Shown: one piece after another, positions 38,960-52,508 of the stretch | Layout of the letters: each line of letters opens with the position of its first letter | Position numbering within the stretch: the stretch's first letter is position 1 | Source: Eledone cirrhosa | Taxonomy: Eukaryota | Length of the DNA: 64,000 nt | Assembly: GCA_964016885.1 (NCBI GenBank) | Contig: OZ024745.1 | Coordinates: forward strand, 123,690,001-123,754,000 | Direction: 5' to 3' | Notes under the pieces: model-generated | Seen by the model: the letters and a program-made list of their open reading frames with translations, nothing else | What the model was told of the DNA's origin: nothing | The model's database searches: none | Translations under genes and position numbers: made by a program

Positions 38960-39350
38960 CCATCTTTGCAAGGCCTATTGGGAGCAGATTCCTCAGATAT
39001 GCCTTCCAGATGTTCCTCAGATATGCCTTCCAGACGTTCCTCAGATATGCCCTCCAGACGTTCCTCAGATATGCCTTCCAGACGTTCCTCAGATATGCCT
39101 TCCAGACGTTCCTCAGATATGCCTTCCAGACGTTCCTCAGATATGCCTTCCAGACGTTCCTCAGATATGCCTTCCAGACGTTCCTCAGATATGCCTTCCA
39201 GACGTTCCTCAGATATGCCTTCCAGATGTTCCTCAGATATGCCTTCCAGATGTTTCTATCAAAAGCATCCCTCTCCAATTAATCCAGCTGGATTCTCAAG
39301 TGAGACCAACCAAGCTCATGGATGTTATCCAGCCAGCTTGTTTGTGGTCT
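38960..39350 (-). mobile_element. RTE family B 3' end containing a 24-bp tandem expansion
   Basis: DRNIWKAYLRN corresponds to DRICWKEYLRT in the 31575-31820 copy; shared ccaagctcatggatgttatcca. Confidence 0.75.
38989..39254. repeat. 24-bp tandem repeat x11 (ttcctcagatatgccttccagacg)
   Basis: Near-perfect tandem units. Confidence 0.97.
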
Positions 39351-39369
39351 TCCATCATGAGTTATAGAT

Positions 39370-39712
39370 GGCATGAGGCTGAATTAAATAAAAGAATTGC
39401 TGCAGCTGGTGAAGCAATGTACCAGCGTTAACATTCAGTTATCAGAAAAAGGCAAGTATGTGTAAAATCCAAACTTGCTACCTTCAGTACGATGTCCATG
39501 CTTCTCCTTATCTATGGTGATGGTGACTACAAGCAGCTGAAAGGGGGGTTTCTTTGAAGGTTCTTTCGTGTAACGTTACTTGATAGGATGTGTAGTTCAT
39601 ACACCAGGAGGTGACTCCAGGTAGAATTACTACTTCTCCGAATCAAGATATCACAGCTCCAGTGCTACTATCGTGTTATTGCAATGTCGAAGGAAAGAAT
39701 TGCTGGACAGAT
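39370..39712 (+). mobile_element. Degenerate RTE family B fragment
   Basis: Similar to 32650-33025 (gtgtaaaatccaaacttgcta; actccaggtaga..ctacttctccgaat). Confidence 0.7.
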
Positions 39713-40025
39713 TAAAGAAATATTATTTAACAAATATTATATTACTTTAATTTTTAAATACTTTTCAAATCCCGCCGAGGTTAACTTTGCCTTTCATCCT
39801 TACAGGATCGATAAAATAAAGTACCAGTAATACACTGGGTAATTGCTGGCCTTGTGCCAAAACGTAGAAACAATTAATTTTTAAATAATACAAACTGTTA
39901 GACAGTGAAGAATTTGATCCTGATTAAGAAATTTAGTTCTAACAGTTAACTGTAAGTGTTAATAAAAATAGTAATTTTATAGGTAGTATATACTATTCGA
40001 TACATATATAAATAAATATATATGT

Positions 40026-40401
40026 ACACAAATTTAAATAATTTTGTAAACCATACAATGCACTAGATAGAAAATTAAAATTGCTAAGATAACAAAAGAA
40101 TCTTACCGTTGCACATTTAATAATCCCAAATATTTTCAGGTTTAAAAACCCATTATCAAGGGGGTATCCCCATGAGAGACTTAAAGGATTGATAGGAATT
40201 AACTAGTTTGGAAAGCAAATTTAACTTAAATCCGATCGATCCTTTAAGTCTCTCATGGGAATACTCCCTTGATAATGGGTTTTTAAACCTGAAAATATTT
40301 GGGATTATTAGATTTGCTAACATAAGATTCTTTTGTTATCTTACAATTTTAATTTTCTTTCTAGTGCATTGTATGGTTTTCAAAATAATTAAAATTTTTG
40401 T
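40026..40401. mobile_element. Fold-back element (about 170-bp imperfect arms) with a hammerhead-like motif on both arms
   Basis: 40026-40197 is the reverse complement of about 40219-40401; preceded by a TA-rich tract. Confidence 0.75.
40265..40304 (+). ncRNA. Minimal hammerhead motif, U3-A8 variant (mirror copy on - strand at about 40124-40163)
   Basis: Stem I tccc/ggga, TTGATAA (40269-40275), stem II gggttt/aaacct, GAAA (40291), palindromic stem III AATATT. Confidence 0.6.
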
Positions 40402-40815
40402 TTCCTATTCAACAATGCTTCAAGCAAACTACAACACTCTGTTAAATATATGTGTTTGTAAAATGGTTGTGGTGGTGGTGATGATGTTGTTGATGATTAT
40501 GATGATGATGATGATGATGATATATATATGGAAATAGATATTTTGTAGATGTTACGAGAATATATACTTAGTATATTAATTTTATCAAATCACACAGATA
40601 TAGGAAATATTTATGTCTCTAAGAATATATCTTAATGTAAATCCAGATAATAACTAAAGAAATGTTACGTGTGTGACAAGCAGACAAAAACTGTTATAGT
40701 GTTATTATAATATAGATTGTCTCATTACCTGTATGCATGTGTATGTGTAACTCTCTCTCACTCAACTCAAATAAACGTGATGAAAATTTGACACCTCATC
40801 CATATTATTAAATTA

Positions 40816-41340
40816 TCATCATCATTTAATGTCCATCTTCCTCGCTAGCATGGGTTGGACGGTTTTGTCCCACTTGAGGCGAGATTGGTCAGCAGACCAT
40901 GTCTCGCTCGTACAGAACTGTTTCTGGCAGGTTTTCTGCAGCTGGATGCCCTTCCTAACACCAAACACATTTACAGTGTGGACTAGGAGCCTTTTTACTG
41001 TGTCTCCTACATGACTACTTTACAGTGTGGGTTGGGAGCCTTTTTACTGTGTCTCCTACACAACTATTTTACAGTGTGGACTGGGAGCTTTTTTACCGTG
41101 TCTCCTACATGACCACTTTACAGTGTGGACTTGGTCCTTTTTGTCGTGTCACCTACACGACCACTTTACAGTGGACGGAAACGGGAAGATGGAGAAGAAG
41201 GGTGGGGTGTATACTGGGTTAAGAGGTGCCTACTGACTGATGGTTTAAGTTTGTATGCAAGGGAAGGCGGGTCTTCTGTATAACTGCATAGTGCCAAAGA
41301 TCTCGATCCAGTAAAATTTTCTTAGAGAGGTGTAAGTGAG
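40816..41340 (-). mobile_element. RTE family A 3' UTR copy
   Basis: Reverse complement similarity to 21665-22255. Confidence 0.85.
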
Positions 41341-41946
41341 CTATATATATATATAACTGTAAACTATGCCAAAAAAGGTTGGGAAGTCTCAGTTGTGTTA
41401 AGGGCAGAATAACCTCTCTAGTCCTCTAGTTTTTTGGATTTACATGATAAATGCACCTAGTACTGCTATTTGGGTGGGGATAGGAAGTGCAGCCAGTTGG
41501 AGGAAGCCTGTCAAATAAAGGTTAAGAAGGACTTTTTGTCTGTGTCAGTGACAAAGATACTCAGTACCTGTACATTCTGGGAACCGACTGATGATAGAAA
41601 ATGTATTCAACCACAGAAACCCTTCCAAATGAAGGGCTAGGAGGACTCTTCTTCAACTGTGTCAAGGACATACCAGCTCCAAAGTATTGGTGATTTACAT
41701 GATAAACACATATAGTACACTCGGTAAAATGGTTAGTGATATGAAATTATTGTGTACAGTGTTCAGGTGTACTACAACTCATCAAAGGTTCTTGTATTAA
41801 TGAAAATCTCGTAGCTTTGATATTATGTGAGGTAAAGCCTTTACCGTGAAAATACAATAGTAAATGTTGAGTAATGTAAATTCTAAAGGGTTAATGAAGT
41901 AGTACTGGAGATATAGTAAAACACACTCTGTCCATCCTGTAATGTA

Positions 41947-42262
41947 TCATCATCATCATTTTACGTCCGCTTTTCCCTGCTTGCAAGGGTGGGACAGGAA
42001 CTGATTCTGGCTTGATTTCTACAGCTGGATGCCCTTCCTAACACCAACCTCATTTACAGTGTGGGCTGGGTGCTTTTTTTGCCGTGGCACCTCCACGACC
42101 ACCTTGCAGTGGAATGATAGGGATCCCAGCCCCTATCATCTCATTTCTACAGCTGAGTAAACTGGAGCAATGTGAAATAAAGTGTCTTGCTCAAGGAAAC
42201 AACGCATCACTCGGTCTAAGAATTGAGCTCACAACCTTTCGATTGCAAGGTCAATTCTCAGA
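41947..42262 (-). mobile_element. SINE family A
   Basis: Reverse complement similarity to 7917-8356. Confidence 0.8.
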
Positions 42263-42564
42263 CTGGGTGATGTGTTGTTTCCTTGAGCAAGACAATGGTA
42301 ATGTATCATAATGGTAATGTTTGTGCCAAGACAATAAGCACCTACAACAACTACTGCTTGCTGTTTTTGTTTTATTTTCTTTATCATTTCAATAATACTT
42401 TTCTATTTATTTATTTATCCCCTCCTCCCATTCCATTTCCAACACCCCACCCTACTTTGTTTCAGTTTAAAAACTTTGTGTCACTTTATTTCTATTTAAT
42501 TACTACCTGAGTTTCTTCAATTAATTTAGAATGATGTTTTTATTTCTAAATGTCATTCTTACAA

Positions 42565-42941
42565 TTGACAGTCCCGGTACAGCATCGGACAACAAGCTTA
42601 GTGGCATAGAGTTATTGCCCTTTATGTTCTGAGTTCAAATCCTGCCGAGTTAACTTTGCCTTTCAGCTTTACAGGGTTGATAAAATAAAGTACCAGTAAT
42701 GCACTGGGATAATTGCGGGCCTTGTGCCAAAAGTAGAAACAATTATTACAATTGGCAGTATCGGTAGAGCATTGGACAACAAGCTTAGCTGTATTGTGTT
42801 ATGGCCCTTTACGTTCTGAGTTCAAATCCAGCTGAGGTTAGCTTTGCCTTTATCCTTACGGGCTCGATGAAATAAAGTACCAGTTATACACTGGAATCGA
42901 TTTAATCGACTTTCCCTTCCCTCAAAACTTGTTGGCCTTGT
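42565..42941 (+). mobile_element. Two tandem SINE family B copies
   Basis: Two B-box plus central-domain units. Confidence 0.8.
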
Positions 42942-42943
42942 GC

Positions 42944-43700
42944 TGCTGGTGGTGGTGAGGGTGGTGGTGGTGGTGGTGGTGGTTATGGTGGTGGTGAGGG
43001 TGAGGATGGTGGTGATGGTGGTGGTGGTGAGGATGATGGTGATGGTGGTGGTGGTGGTGAGGGTGGTGGTGGTGGTTAGGATGATGATGACGGTGGTGGT
43101 TAGGATGATGATGACGGTGGTGGTGGTGGTGGTGGTGGTGGTGGTGAGGATGATGATGATGGTGGTGGTGAGGGTGAGGATGATGGTGGTGGTGGTGGTG
43201 AGGATGATGGTGGTGGTGGTGAGGGTGAGGATGATGGTGGTGGTGAGGATGATGGTGGTGAGGGTGAGGATGATGATGGTGGTGAGGATGATGGTGGTGG
43301 TGGTGAGGGTGAAGATGATTGCTAGTATCAGTGGCTGCAGTGTGATAATGATGGTCGCTGTAGGTGTGCTGAGTACATTGGTGGTGGTGTTGTCGATGAT
43401 GATTATGGTCTTGGTAGACCTTATGATGGTGACAATGATGATAGTGATGATGGTGGTGATGATGTTGATGATGGTCATGGTGATGATGGTGGTGGTGGTG
43501 TTGTTGGTGATGATGATGATGGTGGTGGTGATGATGATAGTGATGGTGATGGTGGTGGTGACAATGATGATGATAGTGATGGGACAATGATGTTGATGAT
43601 GATAGTGATGCAGTGATGGCGTTGATGATGGTGATGGTGATGATGATAGTGGTGATGGTGATGATGGTGTTGGTGGTGGTGACAATGATGATGATGATGA
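42944..43700. repeat. Compound (GGT)/(GAT) trinucleotide microsatellite
   Basis: Seen directly in the sequence. Confidence 0.95.
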
Positions 43701-43818
43701 TTATTGTTAAAACATCCACTGGTGTATGTATGTGTAAATGTGTTATTTCATATGTAGATATTATATAACACACAGATAAATAAACTAATACATATATAAA
43801 TATATATATATATATATA

Positions 43819-44222
43819 TACAATATTAAATAAATGGAAACTATATTTATAAAACCATATCTATTTCATTATATATATTTCGGGGATATCATATTAACAA
43901 TATGCTATGCCTTCCTCAGACAAAATACAATATAAACAGTCTTATAAATAGATAGATTTAAAAACTGCCTGTTTTAACCTCTCCAAATGCAAGTCGGTGT
44001 TATTACGGTATGTCGAATCTATCTATTTATAAGACTGTTTATATTGTATTTTGTCTGAGGAAGGCATAGCATATTGTTAATATGATATCCCCGAAATATA
44101 TATAATGAAATAGATATGGTTTTATAAATATAGTTTCCATTTATTTAATATTGTAAATATACTCCAAATATTTGTCGAGTGCTTTTATATCAGTTATAAA
44201 TATTTACTAGTTGTAACCCAAC
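43819..44222. mobile_element. Young fold-back element, 140-bp arms (43819-43958 and 44016-44155), hammerhead motif on both arms
   Basis: Arms appear to be perfect reverse complements by eye; 57-nt spacer; (TA)n on both flanks. Confidence 0.85.
44047..44112 (+). ncRNA. Minimal type I hammerhead ribozyme motif (mirror copy on - strand at about 43862-43927)
   Basis: Stem I tattttgt/atgaaata, CTGAGGA (44055-44061), stem II gg.ata.catatt/aatatg.tat.cc, GAAA (44093), palindromic stem III ATATATAT, UA site. Confidence 0.75.
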
Positions 44223-44240
44223 AATTTTAAATATAACTTT

Positions 44241-44362
<122 letters not shown>

Positions 44363-44500
44363 GTGTGTGTGTATATATATATATGTATCTATATATATAT
44401 ATATATATATGTGCCTGTATATATATGTATATATGTATCTATATAGATATATATATGTGTGTGTATATATATGTGTGTGAGTGTGTGTGTGTGTGTGTGT

Positions 44501-44560
<60 letters not shown>

Positions 44561-44652
44561 CTATATGTATGTATATATATATGTGCATGTATAAATATGT
44601 GTATATATATGTATATATATATGTGTATATGTATATATATATATGTGTATTT

Positions 44653-45031
44653 CATCATCATCATCATTTTACGTCCGCTTTTCCCTGCTTGCAAGGGTGG
44701 GATGGGAACTGATTCAGGCTTGATTTCTACAGCTGGATGCCCTTCCTAACACCAACCTCATTTACAGTGAGTACTGGGTGCTTTCTTTCTGTGACACCTA
44801 CACGACCACTTTACAGTGTGGGCTGGGTGTTTTTTTTGCTGTGGCACCTACTTGACCACTTTCCAGTGCAATGATAGGGACTGGAGTCCATCTCATTTCT
44901 ACAGCTGAGTAAACTGGAGCAATGTGAAATAAAGTGTCTTGCTCAAGGAAACAACACATCACCCGGTCTGAGAATTGAACTCACAACCTTTCGATTGCAA
45001 GGCCAATGCTCTAACCACTAAACCATGTGCC
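44653..45031 (-). mobile_element. SINE family A, near full length
   Basis: tRNA-like head at about 44950-45031 and RTE-like (GAT)n tail. Confidence 0.85.
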
Positions 45032-45072
45032 ATGTGTATATATATATATATGTGTGTATATGTATATGTATA

Positions 45073-45105
<33 letters not shown>

Positions 45106-45192
45106 GTGTATATATATATATATATGTGTATATATATATATATATCTGTATATGTGTATATATATATCTGTATATGTGTATATATATATCTG

Positions 45193-45255
<63 letters not shown>

Positions 45256-45690
45256 GTCAGGTCACTCTTGAGTGCTTCTGGTAACATACATGTAACCCAG
45301 TACAGCCTGTCACATGGTAGAGTCGTCAGCGACTAAACCGGCAACCCCACCAAGTTTACTTGGTGAGGAGGGTGATTTTGGACACCCTGCAGGACAAAAA
45401 ACAAAACCTGACAAAGGGCGGAAGAACTCAAAAGAGTCAACGGCCATCCGAAAGTGTATAAATATGTATATACACATGTGCCGCGCGGTTAAACAACTGG
45501 GAGTGAAGGACCCCTAGCCTTTGTCAGGGCATTCTTCTAGGAGAAGGCAACTCAGGAAACTGGGATAACTCCGACATAAAACCTGCGGCTCAGTAGTTAC
45601 CGATGATGTTGATCTTTTCTTCCTTTCGAGTTATAGCTACTGTCACTCAGAGAGTGGGATTGGCTCAGTGCACAGGCATTGCACGATAGA
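45256..45690 (+). mobile_element. Probable 5' UTR fragment of an RTE-type LINE
   Basis: GC-richer island between microsatellites with ctaggagaaggcaactc, resembling a motif common in RTE 5' UTRs (from recollection, not a search). Confidence 0.4.
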
Positions 45691-45759
45691 ATTAATTAAT
45701 AATTATTAATAATGGTATATCATGCAATGGCCATACTCGATAACGAGGGGGCAGCCATC

Positions 45760-46852
<1,093 letters not shown>

Positions 46853-47359
46853 GTTAAATTAAAAATTTTAAATACTTTGACAATGGAAAGCAAAATAATT
46901 AAATAATTAAATATAAATAAAATAAAAAAAATTACACCACAGAAAAAAACAAACAAAAAAACAAAAACGAAATTAAAAACTACATTCCAATCAAATGTAA
47001 TTTACTTTAATTACAACCTGACATACCATTTTTCAGAATGGCATGACTTTGAGAGCTGTAAACTGTTAGTTTTCATCAGCTAGACACCAAGCCAGCTCCT
47101 CCCCACACCTTACTTATCTAGTCTCTTCTGTCTTGCAGCTTGGAAAGGAAAGGAAAGGAAAAAAAGCACTTTTGTTTGTGTTTTTATTTTAGTTTATTTT
47201 TTTTTATTTTTTCTATTTTAATGATCTCTTGCAAGAATGTGGTTTGTTGCTTCATGTCTGAGCCTCCTTCCATTTCCTCAAATTTTAAAGATTTAATTTT
47301 TGGGTTTTTTTCCTTGTACATTTCTCTAACGTTTTTATCATTATATTTTTATATCTGCT

Positions 47360-49240
47360 GTAGTGGTGGTGTGGTGTTGGTTGTTGTTGTTGTGGTGGTG
47401 GTGGTGGTGGTGGTGGTGGTTGTTGTGGTGGTGGTAGTGGTGGTGGTTGTTGTTGAGGTGGTGTTAGTGGTGATTGTTGTTGTTATTGTGTTGGTGGTTG
47501 TGGTGGTGGTTGTTGTTATTGTGTTGGTGGTAGTGGTGGTGGTGGTTGTTGTGGTGGTGGTGGTGGTAGTGGTGGTTGTTGTTGAGGTGGTGTTAGTGGT
47601 GATTGTTGTCGTTGTGGTGGTGGTGGTAGTGGTGGTGGTGGTTGTTGTTGTGGTGGTGGTGGTGGTGGTGGTTGTTGTTGTGGTGGTGGTGGTGGTGGTT
47701 GTTGTTGTGGTGGTGGTAGTGGTGGTTGTTGTTGTGGTGGTGGTGGTGGTGGTGGTGGTTGTTGTTGAAGTGGTGTTAGTGGTGATTGTTGTTGTGGTGG
47801 TGGTGGTGGTGGTGGTGGTGGTCTTAGTGGTGATTGTTGTGGTGGTGGTGGTAGTGGTGGTAGTGGTAGTAGTTGTGGTTGTGTTTATGGTGGTGATGGT
47901 TGTGGTGTTAGTGGTGGTGGTTGCGGTGATGGTAGCAGTGGTGGTGGTTGTGGTAGTGGTAATGGCAGTGTTGGTGTTGGTGGTAGTGGTAATGGTAGTG
48001 TTGGTGTTGGTGGTAGTGTTAGTGGTAGTGGTAATGGCAGTGTTGGTGTTGGTGGTAGTGATAATGGTAGTGTTGGTGTTGGTGGTAGTGGTAATGGCAG
48101 TGTTGGTGTTGGTGGTAGTGTTGGTGGTAGTGGTAATGGCAGTGTTGGTGTTGGTGGTAGTGATAATGGTAGTGTTGGTGTTGGTGGTAGTGTTAGTGGT
48201 AGTGGTAATGGCAGTGTTGGTGTTGGTGGTAGTGTTGGTGGTAGTGGTAATGGCAGTGTTGGTGTTGGTGGTAGTGTTGGTGGTAGTGGTAATGGCAGTG
48301 TTGGTGTTGGTGGTAGTGTTGGTGGTAGTGGTAATGGTGGTGTTGGTGGTAGTGATAATGGTAGTGTTGGTGTTGGTGGTAGTGTTAGTGGTAGTGGTAA
48401 TGGCAGTGTTGGTGTTGGTGGTAGTGTTAGTGGTAGTGGTAATAGCAGTGTTGGTGTTGGTGGTAGTGTTGGTGGTAGTGGTAATTGCAGTGTTGGTGTT
48501 GGTGGTAGTGTTGGTGGTAGTGGTAATGGTAGTGTTGGTGTTGGTGGTAGTGTTGGTGGTAGTGATAATGGTAGTGTTGGTGTTGGTGGTAGTGTTGGTG
48601 GTAGTGGTAATGGTAGTGTTGGTGGTAGTGGTAATGGTAGTGTTGGTGGTAGTTGTAATGGTAGTGTTGGTGGTAGTGGTAATGGCAGTGTTGGTGGTGG
48701 TGGTAGTGTTGGTGGTAGTGGTAATGGCAGTGTTGGTGGTGGTGGTAGTGTTGGTGGTAGTGGTAATGGCAGTGTTGGTGGTGGTGGTAGTGTTGGTGGT
48801 AGTGGTAATGGTAGTGTTGCTGGTAGTGGTAATGGTAGTGTTGGTGGTAGTGTTGCTGGTGGTGTGTTTAAATATCTCACCCTCTTCTTGTTTTTATTTC
48901 CATGAATTATTATTTGTTTACTGCTGTCAAAAAATTTAAACCTCATGGTTTGTTGAACATGGGAGGTCAGTTATACTGAAAATAACAATTATAAGAATGT
49001 TAATAGTGATGGTGATGGTAGTGGTGATGGTGGTGGTGGTGGGAGTAGTAGTAGTTGTGGTAGTAGTAGTAGTAATAGTAGTTGTTGTAGTAGTGGTGGT
49101 CGTAGTAGTAGTGGCAGTTGTAGTAGTGGTAGTGGTGGTACTAGAAGGGTGGTAGTAGTAGTAGTGGTGGTGGTGGCAGCTGTAGTATTAGTAATAGTAG
49201 TAGTACTAGCAGCAATAGTAGTAGTTGCAGTAGCAGTAGT
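47360..49240. repeat. (GGT/GTT/GTA) trinucleotide-derived compound satellite
   Basis: Seen directly; higher-order units built from gtagtggtaatggcagtgttggtgttggtg at about 47950-48860. Confidence 0.95.
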
Positions 49241-50755
49241 AAAGAAGTTATTTTTTTATTGATAATTTTTTTTTTGTTTCAAATTAAATTTCTAACCACT
49301 TAACTCATTCTCACTTGCTCTAAAAGAATGTTTGATTTTTTTAATCTATAAACACACACACACACACATCTTCATTGTCTGATTTCCTTGATCAATTTCC
49401 TTCTTTAGTTTTGTTCTCTGTCCCTTTTCTCATGTTTGTTTGTTCACCTCTTCTCCCAAAACATACTCTATATCCATTCTAATCGATCTTTATAAAATGT
49501 TTCCATTTTTTTTCTGATCACCCCTCTTTAGTTTGGTTTTTTTCTATAACCCTTATGCTGTCAAACACCCAGAAATGGCACCTGGATCTACAATGCTGTG
49601 CCTGTATATTTATCTAAAAACCTTCCATCTTAATTTTTAAGAACTTTTATTATAGTCCATATATTACTAAATAGTAGGCAGTGAATTAGCAGAGTCATTA
49701 GAATGTCAGATAGAATGCTTGCTTTTCATCCTTTTGAGGGTGATAAAAAAAGTACCAGTCTCGTACTGGGGTCGATTCTTCCTCTATATCTCTTTCTTAC
49801 TTCCTCCCTCTCACTTTCTATTTTATCTGGAAGAAATCTGTTGAACTCAGGCTTGGAGAGGGATGGGCTCCGCCAAGCTTAATATGTCCAAGAATTGCTG
49901 TATTTCAGTACGGTGTCACTACCACTCTATCAGGAGTTACGGGACCATACCATACCATATTACTAAATCCCACCAAATTTTCGATTATTTTCAAGATGAT
50001 TTGAAATTTATAGGCAGTATATTTCTACTCTCCCCTACACCTTTATCCTATGATTATCATTCCTACACATAAGCTGTATTCTTTCTCCCTTGCCTGTTTC
50101 CCATATCTGCCATGATGAAACCCTCTTAATTCTTACCCAAGGTGTATTATGTTACTTCCTGCTATATATCAATAGAAGCATTATCATATGAAACATAAGC
50201 TTTGGAAATTGTTTTGTTTCTTTATTGTGTATACATAGGTTTCATTTCATCTCATATGTTTTTGAGGTTATTTTTTTATAGGGACCCCAGACGTAATATA
50301 CTTCCTTGTGGAGATTTAAACTATGACCTACATATTGTGTCATTGCTACAAGCACCCTTACTGATTAGGCCATCACGGTAACAATGCAATTTTGACATGG
50401 AACTTAACCCTTTAGCATTTACATTACTCTATATTTAATTATATTTTCATGGTAAAGTGTGGCTGGCCAGCAATGTGAAGAGGACTGACTATTTCAATAT
50501 TGATTTTTATTTTTAATGATTATCTTTGATTTGTGAAATATTACAATAATATTGGGGTTGATGAAATAAAATACCAATTAATGATAGTGGATTGGTATAA
50601 TTGTCAGGGTGTTGGGTGATGTGCCTCGTAGTATTTCTTCTGGCTCTTTACACTCGGAGGTTATATCCTGCTCAACTCTTTTGTTACCAACCCAGCCAAA
50701 AACCAGCTCTGGTTCTATGAAATAAAACCACCCATTTTAAAGATTTCCAATTTAA

Positions 50756-50976
50756 CCCTTAAGCATTTACATTACTCTATATATACCGTAATATTTTCCC
50801 AGAAAAGGCTTTATCTCAGATAATTATCCCACATAATATTGAATCTATGAGATTTTGATATTATTTATTTTGAGAATAAAACCCTAACATCAGTATGAGT
50901 GGCTTGTTATGACTGGTTCCAACAGAAGGTGGGGAGAGAATTCTGGCCGGATATGGCCGGTTTAAACGCTAAAGGA
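50756..50976 (+). mobile_element. piggyBac-type MITE
   Basis: TTAA flanks and family terminal inverted repeats. Confidence 0.85.
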
Positions 50977-51158
50977 TTAAATTAAAATCCTCCCACAGAA
51001 TTTTATATAAGAACCTTACATTAAATTACTTAGTAATGAAATAATTAATAATTTTAGTAAATCCATCAAAATTATATATCATTTCTAAAAATATGAATTA
51101 TCTTCCCATCATATAATCTAAAGGCCATTCTTAATAAAATTCACAAGGATATCATTAA

Positions 51159-51378
51159 CTCTTTAACATTTACATTACTCTATATTTACTATTGTATTTT
51201 CATGGTAAACACTTTATTTCACATTATTATCTTACATAATATCGAATCTATGAGATTTTGATATTATGTATTTTGAGAACAATACCTTAACATAAGTGTG
51301 AGCAGCCAGTTACGGCTGGTTTGAATAGAAAAAGGTGAGAGAATTCTGGCCGGATAGGCAGGTTTAAATGCTAAAGGT
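51159..51378 (+). mobile_element. piggyBac-type MITE
   Basis: TTAA flanks and family terminal inverted repeats. Confidence 0.85.
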
Positions 51379-51725
51379 TTAACCTTTAAAATTTTATTTT
51401 CTGTTAAAATTGATTTAGATTTATTTCAATATTATCCATATTATTCATCTTTCTGAGGTTCATAAAATAAAGAACCAGTAAAGAATCAACAAGTCAAGTA
51501 CTGGGGTCAATTTACCAAATATATTTAAATATAAGCCAATCCATATATAAGCTAATCCTCTATTTTATGTCTGAGAAATAATAAAAAATCCAAACCCTGT
51601 TTATAAGACAAGGCAATCAACACATCATTTTCAAAGGGTGCAGGTTTACAATTCCTATGAGTGGGGAATGTATTTATGAAGTTTTAATATTGTGATATTT
51701 AAAATGTTTTAAGTGTCATTTAAAG

Positions 51726-51924
51726 CAGGCATGCCAAACTGAGGGTCCCCCAAGGTCCACAAGAGCCACATGTGTTGTCTGAGGGCCACACATGACAACT
51801 AATTGCGCACATTACAACTAATATTTTATATTTTATATTATGAAGATAAAATATGATTGCACTGTAAAAACCTTTGTGTGGGCTGCAGGTGTGCTTTTAA
51901 AGGGCTGCGTGTTTGACAAGCCTG
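51726..51924. mobile_element. hAT (Charlie-like) MITE
   Basis: Inverted termini caggcatgccaaac and gtttgacaagcctg; 8-bp flanks atttaaag/atttagag (7 of 8 match). Confidence 0.7.
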
Positions 51925-52042
51925 ATTTAGAGTATATTTATTGTTTCAAAACTCCATTACATAATGAGTTTTTTTTATTAATTTCCGACTATTTTGAAAG
52001 CCATATATATACATTCAAAATATCAAAAACAATAGGAAATAC

Positions 52043-52508
52043 AAATTAAAACCAGTGTACTATTCACCTCCAAATTAAAACCAGTGTACTATTCACCTCC
52101 AAATTAAAACCAGTGTACTATTCACCTCTAAATTAAAACCAGTGTACTATTCACCTCCAAATTAAAACCAGTGTACTATTCACCTCCAAATTAAAACCAG
52201 TGTACTATTCACCTCCAAATTAAAACCAGTGTACTATTCACCTCTAAATTAAAACCAGTGTACTATTCACCTCTAAATTAAAACCAGTGTACTATTCACC
52301 TCCAAATTAAAACCAGTGTACTATTCACCTCCAAATTAAAACCAGTGTACTATTCACCTCCAAATTAAAACCAGTGTACTATTCACCTCCAAATTAAAAC
52401 CAGTGTACTATTCACCTCCAAATTAAAACCAGTGTACTATTCACCTCTAAATTAAAACCAGTGTACTATTCACCTCCAAATTAAAACCAGTGTACTATTC
52501 ACCCCCAA
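52043..52508. repeat. 29-bp tandem repeat, about 16 copies (aattaaaaccagtgtactattcacctcca)
   Basis: Near-perfect head-to-tail units. Confidence 0.97.

Noticed and set aside
45256-45350. HDV-like ribozyme at the putative RTE 5' end
   Set aside because: I could not build a convincing P1/P1.1/P2/P3 nested pseudoknot by eye; needs a descriptor search
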